Virus record (IMG/VR): IMGVR_UViG_2541047813_000002
From: a virus
Lineage: Duplodnaviria > Heunggongvirae > Uroviricota > Caudoviricetes
Strand: one strand, 5' to 3'
Length of the DNA stretch: 19,395 bases
Part shown: piece after piece, positions 16,762 to 19,395 of the stretch
How the letters are laid out: every line of letters starts with the position of its first letter
Numbering within the stretch: position 1 is the stretch's first letter
Program-made: the position numbers and the translations under genes
The notes under the pieces: generated by a model
What the model was told of the DNA's origin: nothing
The model's database searches: none
The model's input: only the letters and a program-made list of their open reading frames with translations

Positions 16762-16958
16762 TACGCTACCTCGCCACGCGACTCAGCGATGCGCTGATTA
16801 ATCCATTCTTCAATTTCACTTTCAATAAACGCAATTGATCGGCTTCCAATCTTTACAGATTGAGGGAATCGCTGTTCTTTGATGAGCCGATAAATCCACG
16901 CTTTGCTGTAACCAGTACGGCGTTGAACCTCAGAAAGACGAATAAATGATTGAGACAT
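16761..16958 (-). CDS. alpA: AlpA-family HTH transcriptional regulator/excisionase-like protein (65 aa)
   Basis: AGGAG sits 6 nt upstream of ATG; LSEVQRRTGYSKAWIYRLIKEQRFPQSVKIGSRSIAFIESEIEEWI is typical of AlpA. Confidence 0.9.
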   Translation of the reverse strand: MSQSFIRLSEVQRRTGYSKAWIYRLIKEQRFPQSVKIGSRSIAFIESEIEEWINQRIAESRGEVA

Positions 16959-17040
16959 GTTTACTCCTATATTCTGTCATCTTCTTTAATGGACATCAGT
17001 AGACAGAAAGGAGATTAAACAAACCGGTGAATGGGTGATA

Positions 17041-17111
17041 GCGGATAAAAATAAAATATTTTTTTGAGAAGATTATCCGCTTTGAAATACACAGTAGCGT
17101 ATTCAAAGCGG
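17041..17111. promoter_or_regulatory. Nested palindromes upstream of alpA; putative operator
   Basis: CCGCTTTGAA (17077-17086) and TTCAAAGCGG (17102-17111) form a perfect 10-bp inverted repeat; GCGGATAA (17041-17048) and TTATCCGC (17073-17080) form another. Confidence 0.4.
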
Positions 17112-17155
17112 AAATCGCGAAATTTACTTAAAACGTTTACGTAGGATTTTGCTTG

Positions 17156-18037
17156 CTATAAATCTCTACTCATTAAATCAGATATTTTTATCAAGCTCAT
17201 TTCTCTGTCTTTGTTTACATAAAGCTGAAGCAAGCGGGTGTATCTCTCGCTTATGGATTCAAGTGCAAAAGGCTTTATTGATTCCTTAATAGCCTGCGTA
17301 TCTTTCGGATCATCACTAAAAACCAAGGCAGAAATCATCGGATTGCTCACTTCCTTACCTGACTTCTCACCCCAAATCAGCAGATCAACAATAGGTATCA
17401 CTCTATTAGATATCAACTTCTGGAGGGTCTTTAATCCAATCCTTTTCTGAGCGACATGCTCTCTCTCTGGTACTTTTAACTCTTTTCGCCATAGAGGTAG
17501 AAGGTGAGTCAGGCTGGTAATAATTTCGTCATCAGTGGCGTCATCTAAATCTATAGAAACGAGTATGCTGTTAGGGGAACAATTACTTAGGTTTCCAGTA
17601 ACACTCGCAAGCATAGCGTTTGCCTTGAGGTAGCAATCCTCTTCGTCTCTTTTAAAAAAGCCTTGATCTATCGATGAGAAAGAGTACATGGCCAGCTCTG
17701 AAAATGTTACTGGACTAACCCCCATAGCTGAAGATAATGAGGGAAGATCATCGTACTCATTTCTTAATGATGGGGCTTCATCATTTACTTTGCGAATAAA
17801 TTCTTCAACCTCTTCCTCTTCTTCATTGAGAATGGTTAGGTTAGGATCGCCCGAAAAAATCCTTTCATATTTTATATCGTACTCTTCTTTGAATATAGCA
17901 GTGTCATCTTTTGCATGACGCAATAAAAAATCGCGCCACTCTAATTCTTGAATCAAGTCCGGCAAGGTTAAATCAATTAAAAATTCATAATTACTAATAT
18001 CAAACCATGCTAAATCTTGTTTTTTGGCTCTCACCAT
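17156..18037 (-). CDS. AT-rich orphan protein (293 aa) with an acidic patch (NEEEEEVEEF), between int and alpA; function unknown
   Basis: ATG 18037; long ORF in a markedly AT-rich segment bounded by GC-richer flanks. Confidence 0.8.
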   Translation of the reverse strand: MVRAKKQDLAWFDISNYEFLIDLTLPDLIQELEWRDFLLRHAKDDTAIFKEEYDIKYERIFSGDPNLTILNEEEEEVEEFIRKVNDEAPSLRNEYDDLPSLSSAMGVSPVTFSELAMYSFSSIDQGFFKRDEEDCYLKANAMLASVTGNLSNCSPNSILVSIDLDDATDDEIITSLTHLLPLWRKELKVPEREHVAQKRIGLKTLQKLISNRVIPIVDLLIWGEKSGKEVSNPMISALVFSDDPKDTQAIKESIKPFALESISERYTRLLQLYVNKDREMSLIKISDLMSRDL

Positions 18038-18180
18038 ACGCCACCCCGCGCCCCCTAATTCTGACGGCTATGCCAGCCCGTAGGGGTGTACGGGTTTTCG
18101 GGGATCAGCCTAGACATAGCCTATTCTTTGTTCGTCTACATAAGTCTACTACCATTGCTTAACACTGTCTATTCATACAG

Positions 18181-19395
18181 TTAAGCTCGTTTCCCAAACG
18201 AACCATGAACAACGTTCTCCTCCTTCTCCAGCGCATCCATATAGTCGGCATACCATTGAAGCATCTCCCGCCGTCCATCCAGATATTGCGCATGGTTGTA
18301 TGTGCCACGAATTGAGTTCTTATCAACGTGAGCGAGCTGCGTTTCTATCCACGCGGTGTTATAGCCCTGCTCATGCAAAATCGTGCTCATAGTGTGTCGG
18401 AACCCATGACCAGTTACACGTCCAGCGTAGCCAATGCGCTTAAACACTTGGTTTATGCTGGCCTCACTCATTGTTTTCCTTGGATCATTGCGCCCGGGAA
18501 ACATAAGAGGGTAATTGCCTGTTATTTCTCTAATCTTCCCAATAAGCGAAAGAGCCTGCTCAGACAATGGCACAATATGAGGCCGCCGCATTTTCATACG
18601 TGAAGCGGGTATCTCCCAGATAGCCTTGTTGAAATCAATTTCATCCCATAATGCGCCACGTAGTTCGCCAGTCCGCAAGCCGGTGATAATCAGTAGACGA
18701 GCCGCCATAACAACCAATGCGCTTCCTGAGTAACTGGACAATGCCTTGAAAAAATCAGGTAATTCTTTAGCTGTAAGGAAAGGGTAATGATTAGATTCAT
18801 GGCCTTGCATCGCGCTAGTAAGGTCTGGTGCAGGGTTATACTCTGCGCGACCAGTGACTATTGCATAGCGGAAAACTTCCCCGCACCGTTGCCTCACTTT
18901 TTTGGCTTTTTCTGTCGCACCGCGCCCCTCGATGCGCCGCAGCACATTCAGAAGTTCAAGTGGTTTGATTTCGGCGATTGGTTTTTTGCCAATGTAAGGG
19001 AACACATCTTTGTTGAAGGCTTCGAGGATGTCTGAAGCATAACCAGCAGACCATTTTTTTAATTTGCTGCTGTGCCACTCAAGGGCAATATCTTTGAAGG
19101 TGTTGTTTAACTGCGTTTCCCGGGCAATCTTTTCCTCTCGTTTCGCTTCCATCGGATCGATACCACCAGCGATACCTCTTTTCGCATCTTCACGTTTTGC
19201 CCGAGCATCGGCTAGAGTAACCTCAGGATACACACCTAGTGCCAATAGCTTCTCTTTACCAGCTACACGATATTTAAGTCGCCAGTATTTACCTCCATTA
19301 GGTTTTACCAAGAGATACAAACCGCCACCATCGGCCAGCTTGTAAGCCTTCTCTTTTGGCTTGGCTGTGTCTATTTGACGGGCATTGAGTTTCAC
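18181..19395 (-). CDS. int: Tyrosine integrase, P4-type (404 aa); apparent GTG start at the window edge
   Basis: Catalytic motifs HGFRHTMSTILHE (HxxR) and IRGTYNHAQY (Tyr nucleophile); N-terminal arm-binding domain. Confidence 0.95.
   Translation of the reverse strand: MKLNARQIDTAKPKEKAYKLADGGGLYLLVKPNGGKYWRLKYRVAGKEKLLALGVYPEVTLADARAKREDAKRGIAGGIDPMEAKREEKIARETQLNNTFKDIALEWHSSKLKKWSAGYASDILEAFNKDVFPYIGKKPIAEIKPLELLNVLRRIEGRGATEKAKKVRQRCGEVFRYAIVTGRAEYNPAPDLTSAMQGHESNHYPFLTAKELPDFFKALSSYSGSALVVMAARLLIITGLRTGELRGALWDEIDFNKAIWEIPASRMKMRRPHIVPLSEQALSLIGKIREITGNYPLMFPGRNDPRKTMSEASINQVFKRIGYAGRVTGHGFRHTMSTILHEQGYNTAWIETQLAHVDKNSIRGTYNHAQYLDGRREMLQWYADYMDALEKEENVVHGSFGKRA

Larger units (their letters stand above)
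340..19395. mobile_element. Integrase-associated island (satellite-/PICI-like): int, alpA, antirepressor, primase, iteron ori, plus cargo. The left boundary is approximate.
   Basis: Gene content and order; second integrase at the left edge; compositional mosaicism. Confidence 0.6.

Noticed and set aside
18088-18113. Hairpin CCCGTA-GGGGTG-TACGGG followed by TTTTC downstream of the integrase
   Set aside because: The T-run follows the stem only on the plus strand, where no gene is transcribed toward it; it cannot be assigned as the integrase terminator.
1-19395. tRNA genes, CRISPR arrays, IS elements or transposases
   Set aside because: No tRNA T-loop-type consensus (GGTTCGAATCC-like), no regularly spaced repeat-spacer array and no transposase-like ORF was seen on either strand.

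Overview
The window runs from the 5' part of one P4-type tyrosine integrase gene (1-339, minus strand) to the start codon of a second, complete integrase (18181-19395, minus strand). The two N-termini are about 92% identical in protein but not duplicates, so this looks like one member of a tandem array of integrative islands at a shared attachment site. Reading leftward from the complete integrase, the minus strand carries an AT-rich orphan gene, alpA, a 143-aa gene, a Rha/KilA-C-type antirepressor, a run of about ten tightly coupled small genes, and a 919-aa zinc-ribbon/Toprim primase with a P-loop domain. Just downstream of the primase is an iteron origin-like module (3+3 inverted 9-mers TGAACCAAC around an AT-rich spacer) and a rho-independent terminator. 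A second, inverted copy of the iteron module lies 8 kb away at 1210-1330. Between the two copies sits an operon (53-aa RHH-like ORF, then 153, 225, a split ~470, and 701 aa proteins) whose sizes, order and Q/A/G-rich composition with glycine-zipper segments resemble the gp14-gp7-gp20-gp16 ejection-protein cassette of P22-like podoviruses; this resemblance is from memory and not verified. No capsid, terminase, tail, psu/sid/delta, tRNA, CRISPR or IS genes were seen. The distal cargo end carries an Abi_2-family abortive-infection gene, a PerC-like regulator, a small DNA-binding protein, a small membrane protein and a palindrome-rich 750-bp non-coding stretch. All family assignments rest on motif recognition by eye; no database search was possible.
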